Shown here piece after piece: positions 20,001 to 27,332 of a stretch of DNA of 64,000 nucleotides. The notes beneath the pieces are model-generated. The model was not told the DNA's origin. It searched no databases and worked only from the letters and a program-made list of their open reading frames with translations. A program made the position numbers and the translations under genes. The DNA lies in IMG/VR virus record IMGVR_UViG_3300046787_000200, positions 62,001 through 126,000 of that record, one strand, 5' to 3'. The number at the start of each line of letters is the position of its first letter. Positions within the stretch are counted from its first letter, which is position 1.

Positions 20001-21312
20001 ATATTTGATAGACCATGGAAATGAGTTACCAAAAGACATTAAAGGACATAATTATACTACGGTCAAATATGAACGTAGTTACTTAAACACATTTAAGAAT
20101 TTAGTAAAGACTTTACCGGACAAGAAAGAACATTATATTTGGATATGCAGTAGCGTATGTGATTATGAAAACTTTGATTTTGGTTATATTTGTGATCCAT
20201 ATGCCAAAGATCAATTACATGTATTCCCAAGCGACAAACAAAAGTTTGGAGATACTTTCCTAATTGATGTAAATAAGTTACGCACATTAATTGATGATAT
20301 GATTATGTTGGAAGATTATGAGAAGGTCAACTATAATCAACATCAAAGGGCGAAACGTTTACCTGCCCCTATTATTATTACGAAAGAAGATACACATGTT
20401 AACGATATTCATACTGACTTTGATTGGCCTTACGCTACGTTTGTCACGGAAGACAATAAAGAAATACAAGTAACAGATGTAGAACCAATGAGTTTATGGA
20501 CACCTGATAGTAAAAATATTATTATTACTAGTACCGGTGCAACACGAATCATTGTACCTAAAGAAGCAAAAGATTATGTAGAGAATGAGTTGTATGATTA
20601 TCCATACATCAGCCGTAGTAAATCTCTAGTTAAATCTCAGCCACTGGATATAGTCTTCCTAAGCAACGGTGAAACTGGTGCTGACGAGAACTACGAACAT
20701 TTACTGAAAGTGACTACGGGATTAAAGAATAGAGTTGTGCGTGTAGATGGCGTTAATGGTCGTGTACAAGCCTATCATGCGGCAGCAGAAGCAAGTAACA
20801 CGCCATGGATGTTCACCGTGTTTGCTAAGTTACGTGTTGATGATAAATTTGATTGGTCATGGCAACCTGATAGACTACAAGTACCCAAGCATTATATCTT
20901 TAATGCAACAAACCCTGTCAATGGATTAGAGTATGGTCACCAAGCTATGATTGCTTATAACAAGAAGATTACATTAGCTAATACTGGTAGAGGGCTTGAC
21001 TTCACATTAGATGACGAACATGAAGTTGTTGAAATGAATAGCGGTATAGCTATGTACAATACAGATGCCTGGAGTACATGGCGTACTGCATTTAGAGAAG
21101 CACTAAAACTAAGAGCCGATACTAGCCAAGCAAGTAAAGATAGATTAGATGCATGGTTAAATAAAGGCGAAGGGAACTTTGCCCAATATAGTTGTGAAGG
21201 TGCGCAACATGCTATAGAATACTATGAATCAGTTAATGGTGATTTAGATAAATTACGTCTAAGTTATGATTGGCCTTGGTTGAAAGAGTATTTTAATAAT
21301 AAATACAATTGA
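17029..21312 (+). CDS. 1427-aa protein with internal tandem repeats and C-terminal glycosyltransferase(GT-A)-like domains
   Basis: About 10 FD(F/Y)SWxPDx4PYIYxFG repeats; C-terminal DIVFLSNGE...RVDGVNG...YHAAA...WRTAFRE. Confidence 0.75.
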   Translation: MLRDVFYFGDKPNVHPREKFAVDLADAKRQSTTEHFWIINEHCNYKDFDWDWDFDFLPDEDVWAEEHNNVWPSPYQKDSGTWLCNADNDEPLTIYRADVDPIPLKDEVTSNWKIIEYIEKDKFDFKWHPDPTDPPYIYVFGNEWYPGTIMPTVEYHVEGATERKYVTDQIAQLLPMPMLFNIIYEPAEFDYSWRPDPTAPPYIYVFGNNQYPASVMPTVEFHVEGATERKFIENIVPKLAARPAEFDVLEDIDQSSFDFSWVPDPTAPPYIYAWGNQWNKPEDKISVQYVAEGATEYKYMDARTKRKESMNNWNIPPNMFQNKFDFSWEPSPADLPFIYQFGTQWQKTHGPQYIVEGATEIKYVDVLKAEVVCTEFENWQVPRNIDQSKFDFSWHPDSTEEPYIYQFPDQWTRTGGPRYVVPGATEIKYIDVQTATAKHDKTHWVIPDDIDVSEFDFSWHPDIDHAPLIYQFGTQWQRTSGPKFYAVGCTEDSDIQYVDIIKAKALPNKELWQTLISVDNFDYSWHPDETEEPYIYVFGNQWNRAEVEPTLIYEMPGATHKKYINDIGIKASAYAEGWETIEDIESFDYSWRPDPGDPAYIYVFGNKQYDGTIMPTVKLHIKDATQEKFVDDIVATLAQRPDLFKNTELIKDFDYSWRPNPKDPPYVYQFGTQWAKTHGPQFIIPEAIETKFINYPVATILPDMTHWEIPENVDVTKFDFSWHPDGTAPAYIYQFGTLLDDKDGPRYITPDNDGIVVNLERKEIILEELIFPKYNIKTTLEDLINEHEGEIFWAINPELDYSNFDFKWVPDKQNVYHINAFGSKDNINTQTYFVNGKMWQKGYRDINYVEDKVIDVRTKIDMFFVDRGNSQSQERFNKLKAKFDNITKTRYLNSWVDTINRCITKSSTNLCWILNSELDYDDFEFDYYPSPWQMRMVHVFGTQWSHWGTTFMVNKHSFSEDTKYVKVIEHLSNLNFVKRKTAKATNCLYDIYLIDHGNELPKDIKGHNYTTVKYERSYLNTFKNLVKTLPDKKEHYIWICSSVCDYENFDFGYICDPYAKDQLHVFPSDKQKFGDTFLIDVNKLRTLIDDMIMLEDYEKVNYNQHQRAKRLPAPIIITKEDTHVNDIHTDFDWPYATFVTEDNKEIQVTDVEPMSLWTPDSKNIIITSTGATRIIVPKEAKDYVENELYDYPYISRSKSLVKSQPLDIVFLSNGETGADENYEHLLKVTTGLKNRVVRVDGVNGRVQAYHAAAEASNTPWMFTVFAKLRVDDKFDWSWQPDRLQVPKHYIFNATNPVNGLEYGHQAMIAYNKKITLANTGRGLDFTLDDEHEVVEMNSGIAMYNTDAWSTWRTAFREALKLRADTSQASKDRLDAWLNKGEGNFAQYSCEGAQHAIEYYESVNGDLDKLRLSYDWPWLKEYFNNKYN
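17395..19290 (+). repeat. Ten diverged ~60-70 aa protein repeats
   Basis: Recurrent FD(F/Y)SW(H/R)PD, P(Y/F)IY(V/Q)FG, GATE-x-K(Y/F); recurrent ttgattttagttgg at DNA level. Confidence 0.9.
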
Positions 21313-21648
21313 AGTTATTGCTGTATGAAGCAAAGAGAAAAGTGTCTTGGACGGGGGTGCGAATCCCCCCAGGTCCACCATAAAACACATTAAGCCTGGG
21401 TTGCCGGGTCAGTAGACATGCAGGGTTACCTTGCGTCACTTCTGAAAAATAGTGTGTTTTATGATGGGCCTGACCTAGATTCGACAGGGCAACAAGTAAA
21501 TTAGTGGACAGCTCGGCAACGCAGAAGCCGTCAGGGTTGGGGGTTCCCGACTATAGAAGCACAAAAGTAAACGCAAACGACTCACAGTTCGCATTAGCAG
21601 CCTAAACGCCGCTTAGGGTAAGACATACCTCGTAACAGAAAATCAGAT
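21311..21648 (+). ncRNA. ssrA: Circularly permuted (two-piece) tmRNA; tag peptide ANDSQFALAA
   Basis: Acceptor piece first (T-arm GGGGG-TGCGAAT-CCCCC, CAGGTCC-ACCA ending 21380), intervening segment 21381-21465, then 5' end GGGCCTG at 21466 (G3.U70 Ala identity), GATTCGAC, tag frame 21573-21605; outer ends approximate. Confidence 0.92.
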
Positions 21649-21649
21649 G

Positions 21650-21674
21650 GGGCACTTAGGTGCCCTTTTCTTTT
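21650..21674 (+). terminator. Intrinsic terminator after tmRNA
   Basis: GGGCAC-TTAG-GTGCCC followed by TTTTCTTTT. Confidence 0.85.
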
Positions 21675-21701
21675 GCTATCATACAAGTTGTGATATATAA
21701 T
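21673..21701 (+). promoter_or_regulatory. Sigma70-type promoter of the tRNA
   Basis: TTGCTA-17 nt-TATAAT ending 10 nt before the tRNA. Confidence 0.7.
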
Positions 21702-21711
21702 AGATACAAAT

Positions 21712-21786
21712 GCGATTGATACTCGGTGGACGAGAAGGAGCCTCTAAAACTCTGATTTGCGGGTTCGATTCCCGTCAATCGCACCA
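21712..21786 (+). tRNA. Amber suppressor tRNA (anticodon CTA at 21744-21746)
   Basis: Acceptor GCGATTG/CAATCGC + ACCA; D-stem CTCG/CGAG; anticodon arm GGAGC-CTCTAAA-ACTCT (one C.A mismatch); T-arm GCGGG-TTCGATT-CCCGT. Confidence 0.88.
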
Positions 21787-21919
21787 GAGCAGAGGTTTAT
21801 CTATTGAAACCAGTATGAGTCGCTAAGGTAGTATACTAACCCTTAGGGCAAGCAACAGTATTAAATATACAGTAGATGACGGCCGAGAATAGAACGGCAA
21901 CTTTTTAAAGGAAAATAAA

Positions 21920-22492
21920 ATGGCATAGATTGAATATGGTTGTAAAGATGTAGTCTTTCACTTTAACAAAAAACATTTAGAAGACGAGACCGTACCAATG
22001 TGGGTCTTAAAAACACATGGTGAAACTTTTTACGTGAATCATGTTCATTGTAAAATGCCTTGGGATACAAAAGAAACTCCGGACAATACGCACACTAAAG
22101 GCTCTATCAAAATCAAGGAATGTCTCCTTACGATTGACGATGAGAATAATGCGACAATAGATAAACTGTCTGTATACGATAAGATTCGATTACGCAATCA
22201 ACGATTGGGTATCACACGAATTATGTTCAAGCCTGGCAGTCAAATGCATAGAGCATTACAGAACAAAGAGTTTAAGCACAGTTCTTTCAAAGTTATTGCA
22301 GGTGCATGTACAACTACATTCTTTGTTTGTGATATGCTAGTAAAATCTGAGGTTACATTTGCTTCATTGAAGTATGATGACTTTAGAATTTTATCACCCA
22401 ATGAAGGATATTATAAAGAATATGATAGTGTAAAAGATGGAAGGATTCAAGCAAATTATAGTGATCCGGACACCCCATATGAGTATTCTTAA
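21920..22492 (+). CDS. Hypothetical protein (190 codons) with in-frame TAG at codon 3; ORF track starts it at internal ATG 21998
   Basis: AAGGA SD then ATG GCA TAG ATT GAA TAT..., in frame with 21998 (78 nt, no other stop); ATG 21998 lacks a comparable SD. Confidence 0.7.
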
Positions 22493-22507
22493 CCAAAATA
22501 CAGTAAA

Positions 22508-22530
22508 AACATGTGATTTCAGTCACATTT
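22508..22530. promoter_or_regulatory. CRP-like binding site
   Basis: aacaTGTGAtttcagTCACAttt upstream of TTGACA(22547)-18 nt-TATACT(22571). Confidence 0.55.
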
Positions 22531-22610
22531 GCGTAAAATATGAATATTGACAAGTATGCCTCATATGATATATACTTATTCAGTTATTTTTATATATAAA
22601 AGGAAAATTT

Positions 22611-23513
22611 ATGACAACAACAATTACAATTAAAGACAAGCCAGTTAACACTACATATCAAAACGTTACAGGTTTGACAGGTGGTACAGGAACTGGTGCA
22701 GTTTTTGACGTAGTAAAAGAAAACGGTGTTTACACTGCAAGCTTAGACAGTCTAGCCGCAAGTGCTGGTTCTGGTTATGCCGCAGGTGATACTATCACTA
22801 TTTTGGGCTCTGCACTTGGTGGCGTGAACGTAACAAACAACTTGATCCTAACTGTTGCAACAGTTGGTGCCGCAGGTAAGATTGCTACATTCGGTGCTGT
22901 TGGTACAGGTCGTGTAGGTGATGGCACAGTTGACATTCAAGTTGATGTTACCGGCACTGCCGACGTTGACACATACACACTAAATGGCGCAAGCACAGAC
23001 TTCACACTTACTAAAACCGCAGACAAAATTACAGCCACAAGCACAGTCGCAACTAATGTTACATTTACATTAGCAGACCACGAGCGTGTTGTATTTGACA
23101 ACAAAGGTATTGCATTTGATGCCTCAGGTAAAGCAGGTGATGTTTATGCATTACTAGCTGCCGCACTTGGCACAGCAGATGTTACTAATGCATATAAAGG
23201 TATTGGTATCTATCTTGCAGATGCAGGTTGGACTAACAAAGAATTAGCAACAGCGTTGTTAGCTACTGACACTTACAAAACTGATGCCGGTGGTGTAAGT
23301 GATGAGACATTTATCAAACACGTTTACAAAAACGTATTTGGTACTGATGCTACATTGACACAAGTTACTGAATACACAACTTGGATGCACAATAGCAATC
23401 TAAGTCAAGCAGATGTTTTAGTAGCCGCAAGTGAGTTGGCTGCATTTGAAACTACAATCGGTTTGACTGGGTTAGCAACAACTGGTATTGAATATACCCC
23501 ATTCGTTGCTTAA
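22611..23513 (+). CDS. Thr/Ala/Gly-rich surface-layer-like protein with DUF4214-like C-terminus
   Basis: ERVVFDNKGIAFDASGKAG...FIKHVYKNVFG...SQADVLVAASE; AAGGA SD. Confidence 0.7.
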   Translation: MTTTITIKDKPVNTTYQNVTGLTGGTGTGAVFDVVKENGVYTASLDSLAASAGSGYAAGDTITILGSALGGVNVTNNLILTVATVGAAGKIATFGAVGTGRVGDGTVDIQVDVTGTADVDTYTLNGASTDFTLTKTADKITATSTVATNVTFTLADHERVVFDNKGIAFDASGKAGDVYALLAAALGTADVTNAYKGIGIYLADAGWTNKELATALLATDTYKTDAGGVSDETFIKHVYKNVFGTDATLTQVTEYTTWMHNSNLSQADVLVAASELAAFETTIGLTGLATTGIEYTPFVA

Positions 23514-23531
23514 TTGATTTAAATCAATATA

Positions 23532-23555
23532 GGAAAGGCTCTACGGAGCCTTTCC
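23532..23555 (+). terminator. Terminator-like hairpin
   Basis: GGAAAGGCTC-TACG-GAGCCTTTCC. Confidence 0.65.
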
Positions 23556-23570
23556 CATTATAAATACGTC

Positions 23571-24125
23571 ATGGAAACATTTACTTTAGTACCCGACATA
23601 CTCAACCCAGTAGTTGAATGTCACAATTTAGATTTACCAATTCCTATTAATCCAAATTTTAAAAAGAATGAAGGATATGCTACACAAGATGGTCATAATA
23701 GATTCGTAGCAGACCCATATTCAGATACAGATCAAGTAACAATATATTTTAAAAATATGATGTATGAAAATATAGTTCCTTTATTTTTTCAACATCAAAG
23801 ATTTAATTGGACTTGGCCTATTAAAATGGAAACTTTAATTAAAAACACTGATGTTAGTGTAACACTAATTAAAGATGAGATAGGATTTAATCAAGGTAGA
23901 CATGAAGATCCTAGAAACTTTGTAGCGTCAGGTGTATTACATTTACAAGATTGTGAACAAGGCACAACCTTTGAAAGTGGGTATGTTGCACCTACAAAAA
24001 AATTCTCAGGTGCATTCTGGTCTAATAGTCAATTATCTTATCATTGGGTAGAAAAAGTTACAAGCGAACGAATGGCATACTTAGTGATAGCTCAATGGAA
24101 ATTTTTGCCCTTTTATGTAAAGTAA
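23571..24125 (+). CDS. Putative 2OG-Fe(II) oxygenase
   Basis: H-x-D (RHED), distal H (SYHWV) and R (SERMAY). Confidence 0.6.
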   Translation: METFTLVPDILNPVVECHNLDLPIPINPNFKKNEGYATQDGHNRFVADPYSDTDQVTIYFKNMMYENIVPLFFQHQRFNWTWPIKMETLIKNTDVSVTLIKDEIGFNQGRHEDPRNFVASGVLHLQDCEQGTTFESGYVAPTKKFSGAFWSNSQLSYHWVEKVTSERMAYLVIAQWKFLPFYVK

Positions 24126-24248
24126 TAATACATTTAGCGCAATTAGACATATGTTATTGCTCAAACAGTCTTTTTATTTGCAAGACAATCTTCGTGTTAA
24201 ATATTAGTCTAGCCTGAGGAATCAGGTTAATTTTTAAAGGAAAATTAT

Positions 24249-25133
24249 ATGAAGAAAATCGCAATAGCGACATTATTAGTTGCATCAACAATGGTAGCAA
24301 CTGCACAAGTTAGATTAACAGGTAAAGTTAGCGAGTTCGTTGACAATACTAAAACAGGTGCAGTAAGCAAGACCAGTCTAGTAGCAGATCCAACAAGTAA
24401 CATTACCTTCTCAGCAACTGAAAAGATTATTGGTACTTTGACAGCTAATGTAGTACTAGATACAAGTTTAGCGGCTAATGATCCTATCGGTGGTGCTGAT
24501 ACTAAATTGGGCAATCGTCAATCTACAATTGGCTTGTCTAGTAAAGTTGGTAGCATTGACCTAGGTCGTAATCTACACAGTCATTTCTTAGCAATTACTA
24601 ACAATGATGCATTCGGCACATTGTATGGTTCTATTGCAGGTGATGTACATAATGTGCGTGGTGTTCGTGTCAGTAATGGTACGTTCCTTGCATTGAAGCC
24701 TATTATGGGCGTAACTGCAACTTATGACCGCACACACAATGGTGTAGGAACTGAAGCATCTAGTTACAGCGCAAGCGCATCAATGTTTGGTGTTAATGCA
24801 ACTGTTGCACAATTCACACAAGGTATTGAGAAAAGTACAGTGATTGGTGCAAGTGCAAAACTAGGTACTGCTAAAGTATTTTACACACATAGTGATGACA
24901 AAGGTGTAGTAGCAAGCACAGGTGATCTAGTCGGTGTAAGTCAACAATTTGGTGCAGTAACGGCAAAAGCAAGTTATGGTAAAACCAATACTGATGTTAA
25001 GGCTTACGCATTAGGTGCTGATTATAATTTGAGCAAGCGTACTATTGTTGGAGCAACATATCGTAATGTTGACGCAGTAGGTACAGCAAGTGATATTAAA
25101 CAAGTTGGAGTTGGTGTAACACACCGCTTCTAA
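24249..25133 (+). CDS. Gram-negative porin (betaproteobacterial type)
   Basis: Signal peptide; NRQSTIGL, IDLGR, ADYNLSKRT, C-terminal VGVTHRF. Confidence 0.88.
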   Translation: MKKIAIATLLVASTMVATAQVRLTGKVSEFVDNTKTGAVSKTSLVADPTSNITFSATEKIIGTLTANVVLDTSLAANDPIGGADTKLGNRQSTIGLSSKVGSIDLGRNLHSHFLAITNNDAFGTLYGSIAGDVHNVRGVRVSNGTFLALKPIMGVTATYDRTHNGVGTEASSYSASASMFGVNATVAQFTQGIEKSTVIGASAKLGTAKVFYTHSDDKGVVASTGDLVGVSQQFGAVTAKASYGKTNTDVKAYALGADYNLSKRTIVGATYRNVDAVGTASDIKQVGVGVTHRF

Positions 25134-25151
25134 TCTCAATGAGATAGAAAC

Positions 25152-25175
25152 AAAAGGCTCTTCGGAGCCTTTTTT
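25152..25175 (+). terminator. Intrinsic terminator after porin
   Basis: AAAAGGCTC-TTCG-GAGCCTTTTTT. Confidence 0.85.
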
Positions 25176-25211
25176 GTTGACATAAATACCATAACATGTT
25201 ACATTAACGAT

Positions 25212-25466
25212 ATGAAAATAGAACGTGCAATCGATTGGAATCAAGTTAGCGTTGAGTTAGCTACTCAAATGAATGGCATTGGCTACAACCCCGATTTAGT
25301 TCGAATGCATTTGAACATTGGTAAAATGGTAAGTGAGTTAAGCAAACTTGAAGTCAACTTGCGCAGAACAGGCAAGTTTGAAATGCTTGATGACAGAGTA
25401 GCCGAAATCAATAAAGCAATCAATCACTTTGAGAAGCTACTATTGATGGCTAATCTAATGAAGTAA
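25212..25466 (+). CDS. Hypothetical protein (probably leaderless)
   Basis: ORF; TTGACA(25177)-17-TACATT ends 6 nt before ATG. Confidence 0.7.
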   Translation: MKIERAIDWNQVSVELATQMNGIGYNPDLVRMHLNIGKMVSELSKLEVNLRRTGKFEMLDDRVAEINKAINHFEKLLLMANLMK

Positions 25467-25467
25467 T

Positions 25468-25496
25468 TTGACAATAAATCATTTTGGGTCTATAAT
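25468..25496 (+). promoter_or_regulatory. Phage early promoter (TTGACAATAAAT class)
   Basis: TTGACA-17-TATAAT. Confidence 0.85.
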
Positions 25497-25523
25497 AGTC
25501 TTTCACTTAACTAAGGACCTATT

Positions 25524-25820
25524 ATGAAAATAGCAAATTATGTATTGAAGTACACAAGATCAGTCGATGGACCACTAATGATCCCTAAGAAAAAGATTGA
25601 TAGTACAATGAAATGGGTAGAGTACAGTTTAGACATTGTAGATATGCAGAAAATGCTTATGGGAACACGTGATCTAAAAGACAAATATCAATTGATGGAC
25701 CTTTTAGAAATTGCAGAGCGTAAGAAAAAATGGCACTATCGCCAAGAAAACTTTAACGTGAGTAGGGCCAGCACTCTCTTGCAAGCTATGCTCAGTAGAG
25801 CTTACAAGCGCATTGCTTAA
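25524..25820 (+). CDS. Hypothetical protein
   Basis: ORF with AAGGA SD downstream of promoter. Confidence 0.75.
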   Translation: MKIANYVLKYTRSVDGPLMIPKKKIDSTMKWVEYSLDIVDMQKMLMGTRDLKDKYQLMDLLEIAERKKKWHYRQENFNVSRASTLLQAMLSRAYKRIA

Positions 25821-25822
25821 AT

Positions 25823-25953
25823 TTGACAATAAATCAATAACGTGATACAATACTTGTATTGAAGCTAGAAAACTGACTAGTTAATCAAATGGGTAGTTGT
25901 TGTAAATAAACAACAACACAAAATTTGACAATAAATCAGTTTTCTACTATACT
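25823..25953 (+). promoter_or_regulatory. Two tandem early promoters
   Basis: TTGACA(25823)-17-TACAAT and TTGACA(25925)-17-TATACT, both with ATAAATC spacer start. Confidence 0.8.
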
Positions 25954-25984
25954 TCATATATCAAATTTTTAACAGGAGCATCTA

Positions 25985-27085
25985 ATGGCATCAGTATCAG
26001 ACAATCTGACAATCACATCAGTACAAACCCGCAAAGCTATTCTTAAAGCTTTTAAAGCAAAACGTCCCGTATTCTTGTGGGGCCCGCCCGGTATCGGTAA
26101 ATCAGAAGTTGTGCAGGAAGTTGCTGACGAACTTCAAGGTCATGTGATTGATTTGCGTATGGCACAGATGGAGCCGACTGATATTCGCGGTATCCCTTAC
26201 TTCAACAAAGATATCAATAAGATGGATTGGGCGGCACCGGTTGATTTGCCTAGTGAAGAACTTGCAAGTCAGTACCCGATTGTTGTATTGTTCTTGGATG
26301 AAATGAACAGTGCGCCCCCAGCTGTACAGGCTGCAGGCTATCAGTTGATTTTGAATCGCCGTGTAGGTAAGTATGTATTGCCCGATAACGTTGTTATCGT
26401 TGCGGCTGGTAACCGTGATAGCGACAAAGGTGTTACATATCGTATGCCGATGCCCCTCGCTAATCGTTTCTTGCACTTGGAAATGCGAGCCGATTTTACT
26501 GCATGGCAGAACTGGGCTGTGAACAAAGGTATTCACAAAGACGTTGTGGGTTACTTGTCATTCGCTAAACAAGATTTGTATGAGTTTGATAGTAAATCAA
26601 GTTCACGTGCGTTCGCTACACCGCGTTCATGGTGTTTCGTTAGTGACTTGTTGAATGATGAAGATGACACAGATTCAGATACATTGTTCAACTTGATCAG
26701 TGGTGCAGTTGGTGAAGGTCTTGCTGTTAAGTTTGCGGCACACCGCAAAGTTGCAGGTAAGATGCCCGACCCGGCAGATATCTTGTCAGGTAAAGTTAAG
26801 GACCTTGCAGTTAAGGAAATCTCTGCAATGTATTCATTGACAATTTCAATGTGTTATGAATTGCGTGATGCACTTGAAACTAATAAAGTTGAAAGCAAGA
26901 AATTCCATGAAATGGCTGATAACTTCTTCAACTACATTATGACTAACTTTGAGACTGAGTTGGTTGTGATGGGTGCTAAGATTGCGCTTAAGACATACAA
27001 GTTGCCGATTGAGCCAAGTCAGTTGAAAAACTTTGACGAGTTTCATAAGAAATACGGCAAGTATATTGTTCAAGCAGGTGAGTAA
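25985..27085 (+). CDS. MoxR-family AAA+ ATPase
   Basis: GPPGIGKS Walker A, LFLDEMN Walker B, AAGNR, LANRF, TPRSW. Confidence 0.9.
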   Translation: MASVSDNLTITSVQTRKAILKAFKAKRPVFLWGPPGIGKSEVVQEVADELQGHVIDLRMAQMEPTDIRGIPYFNKDINKMDWAAPVDLPSEELASQYPIVVLFLDEMNSAPPAVQAAGYQLILNRRVGKYVLPDNVVIVAAGNRDSDKGVTYRMPMPLANRFLHLEMRADFTAWQNWAVNKGIHKDVVGYLSFAKQDLYEFDSKSSSRAFATPRSWCFVSDLLNDEDDTDSDTLFNLISGAVGEGLAVKFAAHRKVAGKMPDPADILSGKVKDLAVKEISAMYSLTISMCYELRDALETNKVESKKFHEMADNFFNYIMTNFETELVVMGAKIALKTYKLPIEPSQLKNFDEFHKKYGKYIVQAGE

Positions 27086-27128
27086 TTCGAAGGGTGCTAG
27101 TCACCCTTCTTTTTAATAAGGAAATAAA

Positions 27129-27281
27129 ATGAGTGGTAAGAAATATTTTTATGCATTGGGACAAAGTGCCCGGGCCAAAGGAATGACAAAGGACCAAGGC
27201 ATGGCCCTGTACTCAATTGAGTCCGCACAGGATTACGCACGTATTGCATTTGATGCAGGATATCGTGGACTGTCAATTTGA
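27129..27281 (+). CDS. 50-aa hypothetical protein (not in ORF track)
   Basis: AAGGA SD, MSGKKYFYALGQSARAKG...GYRGLSI. Confidence 0.6.
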   Translation: MSGKKYFYALGQSARAKGMTKDQGMALYSIESAQDYARIAFDAGYRGLSI

Positions 27282-27306
27282 CAATAAATCATATATGTGC
27301 TATAAT
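27278..27306 (+). promoter_or_regulatory. Phage early promoter
   Basis: TTGACA-ATAAATC...-TATAAT, 17-nt spacer. Confidence 0.85.
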
Positions 27307-27332
27307 ACACACATATTCAGTAAAGGAACAAC

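Noticed and set aside
21712-21786. Pyrrolysine tRNA
   Set aside because: Has canonical TTCGA T-loop, D-loop GG, 5-nt variable loop and A73, unlike tRNA-Pyl; no pyl genes in the window
21787-21860. HDV-like theta ribozyme 3' of the suppressor tRNA
   Set aside because: A GCTAA element is present, but I could not find a P1 partner for GAGCAGA or the P3/L3 motif, and the tRNA already encodes CCA; a covariance-model scan would settle it
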